Of a stretch of 64,000 nucleotides of DNA, positions 20,140-31,165 are shown piece by piece; the stretch's first letter is position 1; each line of letters begins with the position of its first letter. The notes below the pieces were generated by a model. It saw only the letters and a list, made by a program, of their open reading frames with translations, was not told the origin of the DNA and made no database searches. The position numbers and the translations under genes were made by a program. The stretch comes from an uncultured Eubacteriales bacterium (lineage in GTDB: Bacteria > Bacillota > Clostridia > Christensenellales > Aristaeellaceae): contig CACWHI010000001.1 of NCBI GenBank assembly GCA_902760595.1, forward strand, positions 124,963 to 188,962, read 5' to 3'.

Positions 20140-21195
20140 TCAGAATAAAGTCGTCTGCTGCATGGCGGGCGGATTCTCGCCGCCCTGCGCGCTTTCGGGA
20201 GCGGTCCGGCCCATGTGCGCGTAGGCGGCGGGGGTGAGCACCCGGCCGCGGCTGGTGCGCATGATGAAGCCGAGCTGCAGCAGATAGGGCTCGTATACGT
20301 CCTCGATCGTGCCTGCATCCTCACCGGTGGAAGCGGCCAGGGTATCCAGGCCTACGGGGCCGCCGCCGAACTTGTCGATCATGGTCAGCAGCACGTTCCG
20401 ATCTACCCGGTCGAGCCCAAGCTCGTCCACATTCAGCTGATTGAGCGCCTCCTGGGCGATACGCAGGTCGATGTGCCCGTCGCCCTTGACTTGGGCGAAG
20501 TCGCGCACGCGCTTGAGCATGCGGTTGGCGATACGCGGCGTGCCGCGGCTGCGGCTGGCGATCTCATAGAGCCCTTCCCTGTCGCACTGCACGTTCAGGA
20601 TCTTCGCGGAGCGCGCGACGATGGAAGCCAGCTCGTCGGTATTGTACATTTCCAGGCGGAAGGTGATGCCGAAGCGGTCGCGCAGGGGAGCGGAGAGCAT
20701 TCCTGCGCGTGTCGTCGCGCCGATCAGCGTGAATTTGGGCAGATCCAGGCGCAGCGAGCGCGCCGTCGGCCCCTTGCCGATCATGATGTCGAGCGCGTAG
20801 TCCTCCATCGCGGAATACAGCACCTCTTCCACCGCCCTGGACAGCCGGTGGATCTCGTCGATGAACAGGATATCGCCCTGATTCAGGTTGGTCAGGATGG
20901 AGGCCAGATCGCCGGGCCGGTCGATGGCGGGGCCGCTGGTGATGCGGATGTTCTGTCCCATCTCAGCGGCGACGATACAGGCCAGCGTCGTTTTGCCCAG
21001 GCCGGGAGGGCCGTAGAGCAGAATGTGGTCCAGCGCGTCGTGCCGTCCGAGCGCGGCTTCGATATAAACGCTCAGGTTATGCTTGATCTGCTCCTGCCCG
21101 ACATATTCCTTCAGCTGCTTGGGGCGCAGCGTGCCTTCCGTGTCGCTGTCCTCCGTGCGTACGGAGGCGGACATCAGGCGGTCGAATTCACTCAT
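20140..21195 (-). CDS. ruvB: Holliday junction branch migration helicase RuvB
   Basis: [22 protein letters not shown] Walker A motif and the RuvB-specific sequence. Gene order is ruvC-ruvA-ruvB. Confidence 0.9.
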   Translation of the reverse strand: MSEFDRLMSASVRTEDSDTEGTLRPKQLKEYVGQEQIKHNLSVYIEAALGRHDALDHILLYGPPGLGKTTLACIVAAEMGQNIRITSGPAIDRPGDLASILTNLNQGDILFIDEIHRLSRAVEEVLYSAMEDYALDIMIGKGPTARSLRLDLPKFTLIGATTRAGMLSAPLRDRFGITFRLEMYNTDELASIVARSAKILNVQCDREGLYEIASRSRGTPRIANRMLKRVRDFAQVKGDGHIDLRIAQEALNQLNVDELGLDRVDRNVLLTMIDKFGGGPVGLDTLAASTGEDAGTIEDVYEPYLLQLGFIMRTSRGRVLTPAAYAHMGRTAPESAQGGENPPAMQQTTLF

Positions 21196-21202
21196 GCTTC
21201 AA

Positions 21203-21811
21203 TTACCTCCCGGAACTCATGCCGCGCAGCGCCAGCATGATCAGCTGCGCGGGCTCCGCAGACTGATCCGCTACGGATTTGACGGCGCGGGCGGCCTCCT
21301 GAGCGGTGTATCCAAGAGAAATCAGGCCCTGCACCGCCTCGTTCACCGCGTCGGTCACAGGAACTGCCGCTGGCAGCTCGACGCCGGGCTGCAGGGCGGA
21401 GAAATCCGCCTCGCTGACCTTCTCCTTCAGCTCGAGCGCGATGCGCTGGGCGGTCTTTTTGCCGATCCCCTGGGCGCGGGACAGTGCGGTCGTATCTCCT
21501 GACACGATCGCCAGGGTGAGGTCCTTGAGCGTCATGCTGCTCAGGATCTGGAGGGCGGTCTTGGGGCCGATCCCGCTTACGGAGGTCAGGCGCTCGAACA
21601 TATGCTTCTCTTCCGTGGAGGAGAAGCCGTAAAGCTCCATCAGGTCCTCTTTTACGTTCAGCAGGGTATAGAGCCGCGCCGTTTCGCCCATGGGCGGCAG
21701 CGCGCCCAGGGTATTCATGCTGCAGTTCAGCTCGAAGCCGATGCCGTGGACGTCGAGCACGACCTCGTTCTGCCCCTTGCTGTCGATCCTTCCTTCAAGA
21801 AATGCGAACAT
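21203..21811 (-). CDS. ruvA: Holliday junction DNA helicase RuvA
   Basis: MFAFLEGRI...VHGIGFEL N-terminus, HhH motifs (SVSGIGPKTALQIL) and a 202-aa length. Confidence 0.85.
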   Translation of the reverse strand: MFAFLEGRIDSKGQNEVVLDVHGIGFELNCSMNTLGALPPMGETARLYTLLNVKEDLMELYGFSSTEEKHMFERLTSVSGIGPKTALQILSSMTLKDLTLAIVSGDTTALSRAQGIGKKTAQRIALELKEKVSEADFSALQPGVELPAAVPVTDAVNEAVQGLISLGYTAQEAARAVKSVADQSAEPAQLIMLALRGMSSGR

Positions 21812-21823
21812 CTGTGTGATCCT

Positions 21824-22318
21824 TTACTTCATGATAAACTGGGCTTTCATGGGGCCGGTGTTGAAATGCGTGAGCGCCGCGGCGACCGCGTCGGCGGCGT
21901 CGTCCGGACGGATGATGTCCGGCAGCTTCAGCATCAGCTTGACCATCTGCTGGATATCGTGCTTCTTGGCCAGGCCGTAGCCGGTCACGGCCTGCTTGAT
22001 CTGCATGGGCGTGTACTCATAGATCCGGTCCGTATAGGCCGCGCAGGCGCAGAGCGCGCTGCCCCTCGCGGCGCCGACGTTGAGCGCGGTCGTGACGTTC
22101 CTCGCGAAAAACAGCTCTTCGAAAACGATCTCATCGGGCTGGTACAGCGTGAGCAGGTCGCGCACATCCTCGTTGATCTTGCGCAGACGCTCGAACATGC
22201 GCATGTCCGGCGTCGTGATCACCGCGCCGGCCTTGACCAGAACTGGCTTGTGCTCGACTACGTCCACGATCCCGAAGCCCATCGTGGCCAGGCCGGGATC
22301 AATCCCAAAAATCCGCAA
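21824..22318 (-). CDS. ruvC: crossover junction endodeoxyribonuclease RuvC
   Basis: MRIFGIDPGLATMGFGIV N-terminus typical of RuvC; 164 aa. Confidence 0.85.
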   Translation of the reverse strand: MRIFGIDPGLATMGFGIVDVVEHKPVLVKAGAVITTPDMRMFERLRKINEDVRDLLTLYQPDEIVFEELFFARNVTTALNVGAARGSALCACAAYTDRIYEYTPMQIKQAVTGYGLAKKHDIQQMVKLMLKLPDIIRPDDAADAVAAALTHFNTGPMKAQFIMK

Positions 22319-22331
22319 ATACTACCTCCGT

Positions 22332-23204
22332 TCAGGGCCTGTAAACAAGCAGCGAGGCGGGCTTGATCTCGATCTCCGCCCGGTCCATCGCGATGATCTC
22401 TCCGTCGATATTGACCCGGATCCCCTTGCCCTCGACGCACAGCTTTTTCGCGCGCCGATGCTCCGTTTCCGGGAAGGTCTGGATCTTTCCCTTCAGCAGC
22501 TCGGGCAGCACGCTGAGCATGCGCGGCTTTGACATCCCGCGAACGCACAGCACGTCCAGCAGACCGTCATCAGGGATGGCTTCCGGCGCGATGGGGATCC
22601 CGCCGCCGATGAACCGGCCGTTTCCCACGGCCAGCACCAGGATGCTCCGCTCCCGGAGCGGCTCGTCGTCTATGGAAAGGGAGATCCGGATGTCCTTGAA
22701 ATGCCGGATCGTCTGAAGGACGCCGTGCAGGTAGGGAAGGATCCCTTTTACGTAGCGCTTGGCGTTCTCAGCGTAATCCAGCACCATCACGTCAAAGCCG
22801 CAGCCGCATTCGTTCAGGAAAAGCCGGTCATTGATCCTGACGGTGTCCACCGGCCTGGGTTCCCCGGTCAGGATCAGGTCCAGCGCCTTTTCTGGATCAG
22901 TCGGCACATGGATCGTTTTCACGTAATCATTCCCGGTGCCGGCGGGGATGATGCCGAAGGCCGTGGACGTATCCGCCAGGCTCTGGGCCACCTCGTGGAG
23001 CGTTCCGTCGCCGCCGATGGCGACCACAGTATCCGCGTGCTCCCGGACCGCCTGTGAGGCAAAATCGATGGCCTGCAGCGGGTGCTCTGTTTCATGGTAG
23101 ATGGCGGAGATGCCGCGCTGGCTGAGCAGCTGCATTGTCTTCTGCCCGACAGCCTTTCCAGAGCCGTTGCCGGAGATCGGATTACAGATGATGTGAAGGT
23201 TCAT
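22332..23204 (-). CDS. diacylglycerol kinase-family lipid kinase (YegS/DagK-like)
   Basis: NPISGNGSG and VAIGGDGTLHEV, the GGDGT motif of DAGK_cat. Confidence 0.75.
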   Translation of the reverse strand: MNLHIICNPISGNGSGKAVGQKTMQLLSQRGISAIYHETEHPLQAIDFASQAVREHADTVVAIGGDGTLHEVAQSLADTSTAFGIIPAGTGNDYVKTIHVPTDPEKALDLILTGEPRPVDTVRINDRLFLNECGCGFDVMVLDYAENAKRYVKGILPYLHGVLQTIRHFKDIRISLSIDDEPLRERSILVLAVGNGRFIGGGIPIAPEAIPDDGLLDVLCVRGMSKPRMLSVLPELLKGKIQTFPETEHRRAKKLCVEGKGIRVNIDGEIIAMDRAEIEIKPASLLVYRP

Positions 23205-23220
23205 GAGATTACCTCAGTGT

Positions 23221-23769
23221 TCAAGGAACGGGATCGCCGCCGAAGTTGATCAGCGGGGTCAGGCGTTTCACGGTCTTTTCGCCGATGCCCGAAACCGCCA
23301 GCAGATCGGCCGGAAAGTGGAAGGGCCCGTTCCGCTCCCTTTCGTCGATGATGCGCTGCGCCAGAACCGGACCGATACCTGGCAGGAGGCACAGCGTTTC
23401 TTTGGAAGCGCGGTTCACGTCAATGGCTGACGCTTCATCCGCGCTGGCTGAGGGTGCCGTGTCTGCGGATCCAGGATAAAGGCGTGCCGGCAGGGAAGCC
23501 TCAAAGTACCTGGATTGGGGCTGCATCGTTACCAATGCTTCTCGGGCGGCGAAAACGGAAGCGGCCGCCAGGATCAGCAGTACGAAGCACAGCAGAACAG
23601 GGGTGGCCGCCGATGATCCGCGCCGCATGTAGAGCAGCAGAGCGAGCCGTCTGTGAAGCGTCAGGCGGCGCGGTTCGAAGTACTCATCCAGCATTTCGGA
23701 GCAGAGCTCAAAATCACGTTTGATCTGCGCCGCCTGGGCCGTCTGGCGCTCGCTCAGCCGCGGGTTCAT
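23221..23769 (-). CDS. comEA: ComEA-like helix-hairpin-helix DNA-binding protein (membrane anchored)
   Basis: N-terminal hydrophobic anchor. C-terminal IDVNRASKETLCLLPGIGPVLAQRIIDERERNGPF...LLAVSGIGEKTVKRL tandem HhH of the ComEA family. Confidence 0.7.
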   Translation of the reverse strand: MNPRLSERQTAQAAQIKRDFELCSEMLDEYFEPRRLTLHRRLALLLYMRRGSSAATPVLLCFVLLILAAASVFAAREALVTMQPQSRYFEASLPARLYPGSADTAPSASADEASAIDVNRASKETLCLLPGIGPVLAQRIIDERERNGPFHFPADLLAVSGIGEKTVKRLTPLINFGGDPVP

Positions 23770-25172
23770 TATTGGATGGAGCGGCGTACGCTCTGGCCCT
23801 GGGCGGTATCCTCAACGATGTAGCCCTTCTGCTGAAGCTGTGCGCGGAGCTCGTCGGACTGCTTCCAGTCCTTGTTCTTCCTGGCCTGCGCGCGGGCGTC
23901 GACCAGGGCCTGGATATCTTCGGGCAGCTGCATTTCGGCCTTCTGCATCAGCAGACCCAGGACGTCGGTGACGGAGGTCAGCGTTTCGTAGGCCTTCATG
24001 ATCACGCTGAGCGCGGATTCCGCGTTCAGGGAGACGTTCATATCCTGCACCATGCTGAAGATGACGCCGAGCGCGTCGGCCGTATTCATGTCGTCGTCCA
24101 TGGCGGCATCAAACCGAGCGACATAGTCGTTGAGCCGGCCGAGGAAAGCGGTTTCAGCCTCGGTGACGGTATGCTCCTGCGCGTGTCCCTGCAGGAAAAG
24201 CAGCTGATCCCTGGCGTTGTACAGCCTGGTCAGCGACGCGTGCGCCTGGGCGATCATATCCCGGCTGAAGTTCAGCGGGCTGCGGTAATGGGCGCTGAGC
24301 ATGAAGAAGCGCACGTCCTCCGGGGAAAATTCCTTCAGGATATCGCGGACCGTGAAGAAATTGCCCGTGGATTTGGACATTTTTTCGTTGTTGATATTGA
24401 TGAAGCCGTTGTGCAGCCAATACCGCGCGAAGGGCTTGCCCGTCGCGCCTTCCGCCTGGGCGACCTCGTTCTCGTGATGGGGGAACAGCAGGTCCTTGCC
24501 GCCGGTATGGATGTCAAAGGTTTCACCCAGGTATTTCATGCTCATCGCGGAGCATTCGATATGCCAGCCGGGCCGGCCCTGTCCCCAGGGGCTGTTCCAG
24601 GAGGGCTCGCCGGGCTTGGCCGCCTTCCACAGCGCGAAATCCGCGGGATTCTTTTTGTCGGTATCCACGTCGATGCGCGCGCCGGCCTCAAGATCGTCGA
24701 GGTTCTGGCCGGAGAGCTTTCCGTAGCCGGGATAGGCCTTGGTATCAAAATATACGTCGCCGTTGACCGTGTAGGTCAGGCCGTTCTTCTCCAGCCGGCG
24801 GATCAGCTTGATTATGTCGCCGATATGCTCCGTCGCGCGGGGATGCACCGTCGCCGGCCGGATGCCGAGGGCCGTCGCGTCCTTGAAGTATTCTTCGATG
24901 AAACGGTCGCCCAGCTCTTTGACGGTGATGTTCTCCTGGTTGGCGCGGCGGATCATCTTATCGTCGATATCGGTGAAGTTCTGGACAAAGGTCACCTTGT
25001 AGCCGCGGTATTCCAGATAACGCCGGAGTACGTCGAATACGATGAACGGCCGGGCGTTCCCGATGTGGAAATAATCGTAGACGGTGGGGCCGCAGGAGTA
25101 CATGCGGATCTCGCCCTCGTGAAGCGGCTCCAGCTCTTCTTTCTTTCGTGTGGCGTCATTATACAGCTTCAT
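23769..25172 (-). CDS. cysS: cysteine--tRNA ligase
   Basis: [19 protein letters not shown] (HIGH region) and KMSKSTGN (KMSKS) motifs. The start is at the ATG after GGAGG, and the stop overlaps the comEA start as TAATG. Confidence 0.9.
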   Translation of the reverse strand: MKLYNDATRKKEELEPLHEGEIRMYSCGPTVYDYFHIGNARPFIVFDVLRRYLEYRGYKVTFVQNFTDIDDKMIRRANQENITVKELGDRFIEEYFKDATALGIRPATVHPRATEHIGDIIKLIRRLEKNGLTYTVNGDVYFDTKAYPGYGKLSGQNLDDLEAGARIDVDTDKKNPADFALWKAAKPGEPSWNSPWGQGRPGWHIECSAMSMKYLGETFDIHTGGKDLLFPHHENEVAQAEGATGKPFARYWLHNGFININNEKMSKSTGNFFTVRDILKEFSPEDVRFFMLSAHYRSPLNFSRDMIAQAHASLTRLYNARDQLLFLQGHAQEHTVTEAETAFLGRLNDYVARFDAAMDDDMNTADALGVIFSMVQDMNVSLNAESALSVIMKAYETLTSVTDVLGLLMQKAEMQLPEDIQALVDARAQARKNKDWKQSDELRAQLQQKGYIVEDTAQGQSVRRSIQ

Positions 25173-25196
25173 ATTCAAGACCTCCGCTTGCTTGGA

Positions 25197-25838
25197 TTAT
25201 TTGTCGGTTCCGTCCTTGACGGCGCCCTGCTGAAGCGCGTCTATCTCGGCCTGCAGGGCGGTGATGCGGTCAAGCACCGGATCGGGCAGGTTGCCGTGCT
25301 CCAGGTCGATATCCGGGATCTGGCCGTGCCTGCGCACGATCCGTCCCGGGTTGCCGACCACGGTGCAGTGATCCGGCACATCCTTCAGCACGATGGCGCC
25401 CGCGCCGATCTTTACGTGATCGCCGATCGTGATCGGGCCGAGCACCTTGGCGCCCGCGCCGATGGTCACGTGATTGCCGATGGTGGGATGGCGTTTGCCG
25501 GTGTCCTTGCCCGTGCCGCCCAGCGTGACGCCCTGGTAGAGCGTGACGTCGTCGCCGATGATGGCGGTCTCGCCGATCACGACGCCGCTCCCGTGGTCGA
25601 TGAACAGCCGCTGGCCGATCTGCGCGCCGGGGTGGATCTCGATGCCGGTTTTCCGCCGCGCGCGCTGGGAAAGCAGCCGGGCGAGAAGGTAGTGCCCGCG
25701 CTCATAGGCTCTGTGCGCCCGCCGGTGACGGACGATCGCCTTGAAGCCGGGGTAGCACAGGACCACCTCCAGGCGGCTGCGCACGGCGGGATCGCGGGCA
25801 AGTACAGCGTCGATTTCTTCTTTCAGGTAGTTGAACAC
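25197..25838 (-). CDS. cysE: serine O-acetyltransferase
   Basis: Hexapeptide-repeat left-handed beta-helix ([38 protein letters not shown]) and the SAT N-terminal domain. It is adjacent to cysS. Confidence 0.85.
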   Translation of the reverse strand: MFNYLKEEIDAVLARDPAVRSRLEVVLCYPGFKAIVRHRRAHRAYERGHYLLARLLSQRARRKTGIEIHPGAQIGQRLFIDHGSGVVIGETAIIGDDVTLYQGVTLGGTGKDTGKRHPTIGNHVTIGAGAKVLGPITIGDHVKIGAGAIVLKDVPDHCTVVGNPGRIVRRHGQIPDIDLEHGNLPDPVLDRITALQAEIDALQQGAVKDGTDK

Positions 25839-25842
25839 GGGA

Positions 25843-27903
25843 TTACTGGATATCTCCTTCCTGACAGCCCTGGTACAGAGGATCGACCATGCGGAGGTTC
25901 TGCTCCTGTACGTTCATGTACGGCGCCTTCCTCTCCGCGCGGTAATAGGAGCCGTTCTTTTTGAGCTCCCAGGCCTTCAGGTTATCCTCGATCTCAAAAC
26001 GCAGCTCCTGCTGGATCCGGGCCCTGATCTGCGGGTCCTCGATGGGGAACATCAGCTCCACGCGCTTGTCCAGATTGCGCGTCATCAGGTCGGCGCTGGA
26101 CAGGTAAACGACGGGCTCGCCCCCGTGCGTGAAGCAGTACACGCGGGCATGCTCCAGGAAACGCCCGACGATGGAGCGGACATGGATATTGGGATGGCCC
26201 TTGACGCTGAGACAGCACGGGCCGCGTACGATCAGGGTGATCGGGACGCCCTTGTCCGCGGTCTTATAGATCTGGTTGATCATCTTCCTGTCGGTCAAGC
26301 CATTGACCTTCATGATGATGCCGCAGGGCTCTTCGTCGTCGGCCGCTTTGATCTCGTCATGCATCAGGTCGATCAGCCGGTCGCGGATGTCTTCCGGCGA
26401 GGCCACCAGCTTCGTCATGTCCTGGACCGTATCAAAGCCGGTCACATTGTTGAAGAAGATGCTCGCGTCCAGGCCGATGACCGGGTCCGCCGTCAGAAGC
26501 GCCATGTCCGTGTACAGCCTGGCGGTCACGTCGTTATAGTTGCCGGTGCCCAGATGCACGTAGCGCGTCAGGGAGCCGGCCTCCCTGCGGATGATCAGGG
26601 TGATCTTGGAATGGCACTTATAATTCGGAACGCCGTAAATGACGTGACATCCCGCCTTCTCCAGGGTCGTGCACCAGTTGATGTTGTTCTCCTCGTCAAA
26701 GCGCGCGCGGACCTCGATCAGCACCGTGACCTGCTTGCCGTTGCGCGCGGCGCGCTCCAGAGCGGCGACGACCGGACTTTTGCCGCTGACGCGGTACAGG
26801 GTCTGTTTGATCGCCAGCACGTCCGGGTCCTCGGAGGCCTCGTTCAGCAGCTTCAGCACCGGCTCGAAGGAATCGTAGGGATGGTGCAGGAAAATGTTTC
26901 CCTTTTCCTTGATGACGTCGAATACGCTTTTATCGCCGGTGAAGGCTTCGTCGATATGGGGCTGGTATTTCGGGAAACGCAGGTCGTCGAACCCATCCAG
27001 GCCGGAGATCTGCTTCATGAAGAAATTCAGGTTGATAGGCCCGGGAATATAGAAGATGGTCCTGGCGCTCATGCCGAGATATTTCTTGAGCTGAAGCAGG
27101 AGCCGGTTGTCGAAGCCTTCCGGCACCTCCAGGCGGACGATGCGCCCGAACTTGCGGCGTTTCAGGTTTTTGCGCATTTCCACGATCAGGGCCTGGGCGT
27201 TTGAATCGTTATAGTAAAAGTCCTGGTTGCGGGTAATGCGGAAGGGCTGGCAGATGACCGGCCTGCAGCCGAACACCTTCTGGGCGTTGGCGATGATCAG
27301 GTCTTCCAGGAATACGCCCCTTACGCGGCCTTCGCCCTCGGGAAGGAGGACGACGCGGTCCAGGTTGGCGGGAACTGTCAGCAGGGCGAAGCGCAGCGGC
27401 TGTCCGGGAGTCCTGGGCGGAAGCAGGACGGCAAGGTGAAGCGTACGCGGGGCCAGAAGGGGGAAAGGCCTGCGCGGGTCGATGGCGTAAGGTGTCAGCA
27501 GCGGCGCCACCTCACGCTCAAAATAGTCGGTAGCCCAATCGCTCTGCGCGCTGTTCAGGTCTTTCATTTTCAGCAGATAGATGCCGGCCGCCTTCAGCTG
27601 CGGGAGATACTGCTCGTTATAGATCTCATACTGCCGCGCGACCTGCTTGCGGACAGCCACGTGGATGCGCGTGAGCTGCTCGTTGGGCGTCATGCCGGCG
27701 ATATCCCGGTTCCTGCTGCCGGCCGTCAGGTCGCGCTCCAGGGATCCGACGCGGACCATAAAGAATTCGTCCAGGTTGCTTTCGCAGATGGAAAGAAACT
27801 TTCCCTGTTCCAGCAGCGGGTTGTCAGGATTGACAGCCTCCTCGAGAACGCGGCGGTTGAAGCGGATCCAGCTCAGTTCACGGTTGTAATAATGCTTTTT
27901 CAT
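25843..27903 (-). CDS. ppk: polyphosphate kinase 1
   Basis: [23 protein letters not shown] is the canonical PPK1 N-terminus and the 686-aa length fits. The start was moved to the ATG after AAAGGACGG. Confidence 0.85.
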   Translation of the reverse strand: MKKHYYNRELSWIRFNRRVLEEAVNPDNPLLEQGKFLSICESNLDEFFMVRVGSLERDLTAGSRNRDIAGMTPNEQLTRIHVAVRKQVARQYEIYNEQYLPQLKAAGIYLLKMKDLNSAQSDWATDYFEREVAPLLTPYAIDPRRPFPLLAPRTLHLAVLLPPRTPGQPLRFALLTVPANLDRVVLLPEGEGRVRGVFLEDLIIANAQKVFGCRPVICQPFRITRNQDFYYNDSNAQALIVEMRKNLKRRKFGRIVRLEVPEGFDNRLLLQLKKYLGMSARTIFYIPGPINLNFFMKQISGLDGFDDLRFPKYQPHIDEAFTGDKSVFDVIKEKGNIFLHHPYDSFEPVLKLLNEASEDPDVLAIKQTLYRVSGKSPVVAALERAARNGKQVTVLIEVRARFDEENNINWCTTLEKAGCHVIYGVPNYKCHSKITLIIRREAGSLTRYVHLGTGNYNDVTARLYTDMALLTADPVIGLDASIFFNNVTGFDTVQDMTKLVASPEDIRDRLIDLMHDEIKAADDEEPCGIIMKVNGLTDRKMINQIYKTADKGVPITLIVRGPCCLSVKGHPNIHVRSIVGRFLEHARVYCFTHGGEPVVYLSSADLMTRNLDKRVELMFPIEDPQIRARIQQELRFEIEDNLKAWELKKNGSYYRAERKAPYMNVQEQNLRMVDPLYQGCQEGDIQ

Positions 27904-27920
27904 ACGATAAGCGCCGTCCT

Positions 27921-29012
27921 TTATTGAGTAACGAGTTTGGAGGTAAGCGTCAGCAGCGTGACGGCCGGGGAGTTGAAGAAGCGCCAGGAAAAGGGGGAGT
28001 AGATCCTGGCGGACCCGAGGCCGGGACTGATATGCTGGGTGACGCCGCGCAGGGTGTTCAGCCCGCTCCATCCCCGGTCACCGGGGAACCAGCTGTTCTG
28101 CCAGTGAAGGCCGAGCTCTGCCGGGACAAACACAGGTCCGAGCCCGGGCAGGCGGCACTGGCCGTTGTTGTAGTGCCCCGCCAGCACCAGGGAGACCGGC
28201 GTCGCGTTATTCCGCAGGTCCCCGCCTTCCGTATACAGCAACTCGGCAATGTTTGAAGAGGTATAAGGAACATGGGTGACGCAGATCTTCATATCCGCGC
28301 TCTTCATGCTCCTGAGCGCTTCCGCGGTCCGGTTCAGCCGGTCGATCCAGTATTCCAGGGCGCGCCTGCTGGCTTCCGTATCTTCCGTTGGCGGGACCTT
28401 GTCCAGCAGATCCAGGTTATACTGCATGGTATGCAGGGTGGTATCGCTGTCCGTCGAATACACGTCGCCCGGACACAGCCACAGCGTCGCTTTTCCGACA
28501 GTGAGCGGGTAAGGCGTGTCCAGATAGATCGCCCCGCGCTTTTCGGCCGCCAGAACGTATTCAGCCTTCACCTGATTGCTGATGCGGGCGGTGGACTGGA
28601 TCGCGGCGGGGTCCTCGTCCCCGGCTACCAGGAATACGGGCGTCTTTTCATCGAACAGGTCCATCAGCTGGATCAGCCCGTCAAAGGTGCCGTCCGGCGC
28701 GGTCATATCACCGGTGAGGACGACGATGTCATAGCGGAGGTTTTTGATCGTCGCGCTGATCCCCTCCTGCCCTTCGCCGAACACCGCGCCGTGCAGGTCG
28801 GAAAGATGCAGGATCCGGAACCCCTGCAGGGATGAGGGAAGGGAGGGAATTGTCACATAGAGGCTCGAGGTCTGGACCTGACGGTTGATAAAGCCGTTGA
28901 CCAGAGAGATGACGACTCCGAGCATCAGGACGACGAGCAGGAAAATGACCAGGCCCTTGAAGCTGCGCTTCTTCCTGACGGTAAATAAAGGATCCTCACC
29001 CCTGCGTCCCAT
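27921..29012 (-). CDS. membrane-anchored metallophosphoesterase (calcineurin-like, YkuE-type)
   Basis: N-terminal TM helix LVIFLLVVLMLGVVISLV and the ILHLSDLHG...VLTGDM...GNHD-type motifs. The start follows the RBS GGAGG. Confidence 0.65.
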   Translation of the reverse strand: MGRRGEDPLFTVRKKRSFKGLVIFLLVVLMLGVVISLVNGFINRQVQTSSLYVTIPSLPSSLQGFRILHLSDLHGAVFGEGQEGISATIKNLRYDIVVLTGDMTAPDGTFDGLIQLMDLFDEKTPVFLVAGDEDPAAIQSTARISNQVKAEYVLAAEKRGAIYLDTPYPLTVGKATLWLCPGDVYSTDSDTTLHTMQYNLDLLDKVPPTEDTEASRRALEYWIDRLNRTAEALRSMKSADMKICVTHVPYTSSNIAELLYTEGGDLRNNATPVSLVLAGHYNNGQCRLPGLGPVFVPAELGLHWQNSWFPGDRGWSGLNTLRGVTQHISPGLGSARIYSPFSWRFFNSPAVTLLTLTSKLVTQ

Positions 29013-29057
29013 GAATTCCTCCGATACAAATGCGCAATAAACCTGCCGTGTCAACAC

Positions 29058-29228
29058 GGCATGCCGCTATTATAAACGAAAAAGGGAGCTCTTTCAATGA
29101 TAAAATGCGCGCGGTTGAATATTTTTCATGCAGAGCAGGAATTTTTGTTTGTCCGTGGTATATAAACATAATATTTATCCGTGACCGGCGGTGGTGCCGT
29201 CGCGCACGGTGCAAGGAGGAACTGCTTT
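29058..29228 (+). promoter_or_regulatory. thrS 5' leader with a T-box-like GGTGGTGCCGTCGCG element (candidate short or translational T-box; unverified)
   Basis: A 170-nt untranslated region before the thrS RBS. CGGCGGTGGTGCCGTCGCG resembles the T-box antiterminator core AGGGTGGTACCGCG. A CCGTG...CACGG helix lies immediately 5' of the SD. No canonical terminator T-run is present. Confidence 0.25.
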
Positions 29229-30992
29229 ATGGACAAGGAACAGTACCTGAGCGTTTACCGTCACTCACTGGCGCACATTCTGGCTAAAGCGGTGATCGAG
29301 CTTTACGGCAAAGAGGTGCAATACGCCATCGGTCCGCAGATTGCTGACGGTTTCTATTATGACTTCGCGCTTCCCGTCAACGTGACGCAGGATGACTACG
29401 CGAAGATCGAAGAGAAAATGCGCGAGATCATCAAGCGCCGCGAGAACTGGACCCGCAAGGAGGTCTCCAAGGAGGAGGCCCTCGGCATCTTCAAGGGCCA
29501 GAAGTACAAGACGGAGCTCATCAGGGACCTGCCGGACGACGAAATCATTACGATCTACTGGACCGGCGATGATTTTGTGGACCTGTGCCGCGGACCTCAC
29601 GTGGAGAACAGCCAGGAGCTCATGAGCCCAGCTTTCGAGATCCACGCGCTGTCCGGCGCGTACTGGCGCGGCGACGAGCACAACGATATGCTGCAGCGCA
29701 TTTACGTCTGGGCGTTCCCGACCCGCGACGAGCTGAAGGCGCATAAAGCCATGATCCAGGAAGCGCAGGAGCGCGACCATAAAAAGCTCGGCCCGCAGCA
29801 GGAGCTGTTCATGCTGGATCCCACGGCACCCGGTATGCCTTACTGGCTGCCCCGCGGCTGGAAAATGTACAACGCGCTGCTCAGCTTCTGGCGCGGCATC
29901 CATGAGGAGCATGACTATCAGGAGATCTCCGGCCCCGTGCTTTCCAAGAAGGAGCTGTGGGTCACCTCCGGCCACTGGGGACACTACATGGACGGCATGT
30001 TCATCATCCCCGGCGAAAACATGGACAGCCCCGAGACCATGGCGCTGAAGCCCATGAACTGCCCGAACGCCATCAAGGTGTTCATGAGCAAGGGCCGCTC
30101 CTACCGTGAGCTGCCCTTCCGTATCAGCCAGGTGGATGTGATCCACCGCAAGGAAAAGAGCGGCGAGCTGAACGGCCTGTTCCGGGTGCAGGAATTCCAC
30201 CAGGACGACGCGCATATCCTCGTCACGGAGGATCAGATCGCCGACGAGATCAAGGACATCATGTCCATCGCGACCGAGATCTACAATACCTTTGGCCTGA
30301 GCTACACCGCGGAGCTGTCTACCCGCCCCGACAACTACATGGGCGATATCGAAGTGTGGAACCAGGCGGAAGCGGACCTGAAGGCCATCCTGCTGGAGGT
30401 ATACGGCGAGGGGAACTTTGAGATCAACGAGGGCGACGGCGCCTTCTACGGCCCGAAGATCGACCTGCAGATGAAGGACGCGCTCGGCCGTCAGTGGCAG
30501 ATGGGCACGATCCAGCTGGACTTCCAGCTGCCGCTGAACTTTGACATGAAGTATGTGGCTCAGGACGGCACGCAGAAGCGCCCGGTCATGATCCACCGCG
30601 CGATCTTCGGCTCCTTCGAGCGTTTCATCGGCATCCTGACCGAAAACTTCAAGGGCGCGTTCCCCTTCTGGCTCAGTCCCGTACAGGTCGGCATCGTTCC
30701 GATCCGCGTGGAAAACAACGAGTACGCCCATACGGTCGCGGACAGGCTGAAGGCCGCCGGCATCCGCTATGAGGTGGATTACGCCGACAAGAACATGAAC
30801 GAGAAGATCAAGACCTATAAAAAGTACAAGGATCCCTATATCCTGGTACTCGGCGCGAAGGAAGCGGAAACCGGCACGGTATCGCTGACCATCCGCGGGC
30901 GCAAGGAGCAGGTGCACGGCCTGGCGCTGGACGAGTTCGTCGCCATGTGCCAGCGCATGAACCGGGAGCATTCCCTGGAGCTGGAAGCCTGA
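29229..30992 (+). CDS. thrS: threonine--tRNA ligase
   Basis: Class II aaRS motifs and ThrRS-specific sequence (YRHSLAHILA, the second additional domain, an anticodon-binding C-terminus). The start was moved to MDKEQY after AAGGAGG. Confidence 0.85.
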   Translation: MDKEQYLSVYRHSLAHILAKAVIELYGKEVQYAIGPQIADGFYYDFALPVNVTQDDYAKIEEKMREIIKRRENWTRKEVSKEEALGIFKGQKYKTELIRDLPDDEIITIYWTGDDFVDLCRGPHVENSQELMSPAFEIHALSGAYWRGDEHNDMLQRIYVWAFPTRDELKAHKAMIQEAQERDHKKLGPQQELFMLDPTAPGMPYWLPRGWKMYNALLSFWRGIHEEHDYQEISGPVLSKKELWVTSGHWGHYMDGMFIIPGENMDSPETMALKPMNCPNAIKVFMSKGRSYRELPFRISQVDVIHRKEKSGELNGLFRVQEFHQDDAHILVTEDQIADEIKDIMSIATEIYNTFGLSYTAELSTRPDNYMGDIEVWNQAEADLKAILLEVYGEGNFEINEGDGAFYGPKIDLQMKDALGRQWQMGTIQLDFQLPLNFDMKYVAQDGTQKRPVMIHRAIFGSFERFIGILTENFKGAFPFWLSPVQVGIVPIRVENNEYAHTVADRLKAAGIRYEVDYADKNMNEKIKTYKKYKDPYILVLGAKEAETGTVSLTIRGRKEQVHGLALDEFVAMCQRMNREHSLELEA

Positions 30993-31011
30993 GATCCAGG
31001 CCTCATATATA

Positions 31012-31043
31012 AGGCGCTGTCCGGAATCGGGCAGCGCCTTTTA
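31012..31043 (+). terminator. rho-independent terminator after thrS
   Basis: AGGCGCTG-tccggaatcggg-CAGCGCCT followed by TTTT, 20 nt after the thrS stop. Confidence 0.65.
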
Positions 31044-31108
31044 ACATTGCCGTAACATTTTTTTAATCAATAATTAAGAAATGCGCAACATGTCAATGCC
31101 GCTCTTTC

Positions 31109-31137
31109 TTGTTCCGAAAACCCCTGAGTGCTATAAT
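31109..31137 (+). promoter_or_regulatory. putative promoter of the SPFH / membrane / TIR module (extended -10)
   Basis: TTGTTC (31109-31114), a 17-nt spacer, then TGcTATAAT (-10 at 31132-31137). The leader is about 25 nt to the RBS GCAGGAGG and the ATG at 31166. Confidence 0.45.
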
Positions 31138-31165
31138 AGAAACAACACGCGCAGGAGGTTTCCGA

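Noticed and set aside
23772-25964. 730-aa plus-strand ORF
   Set aside because: It is antisense to cysS and cysE. The same applies to 25831-27204 (ppk), 29265-30971 (thrS), 48236-49708 (pheT), 51408-52913 (secD), 59531-60985 (trkA), 3858-5006 (lysC), 20215-21240 (ruvB), 7508-8566 (pcrA), 9923-11164 (ligA), 12603-13916 (rluA) and 36805-39794 (glp genes)
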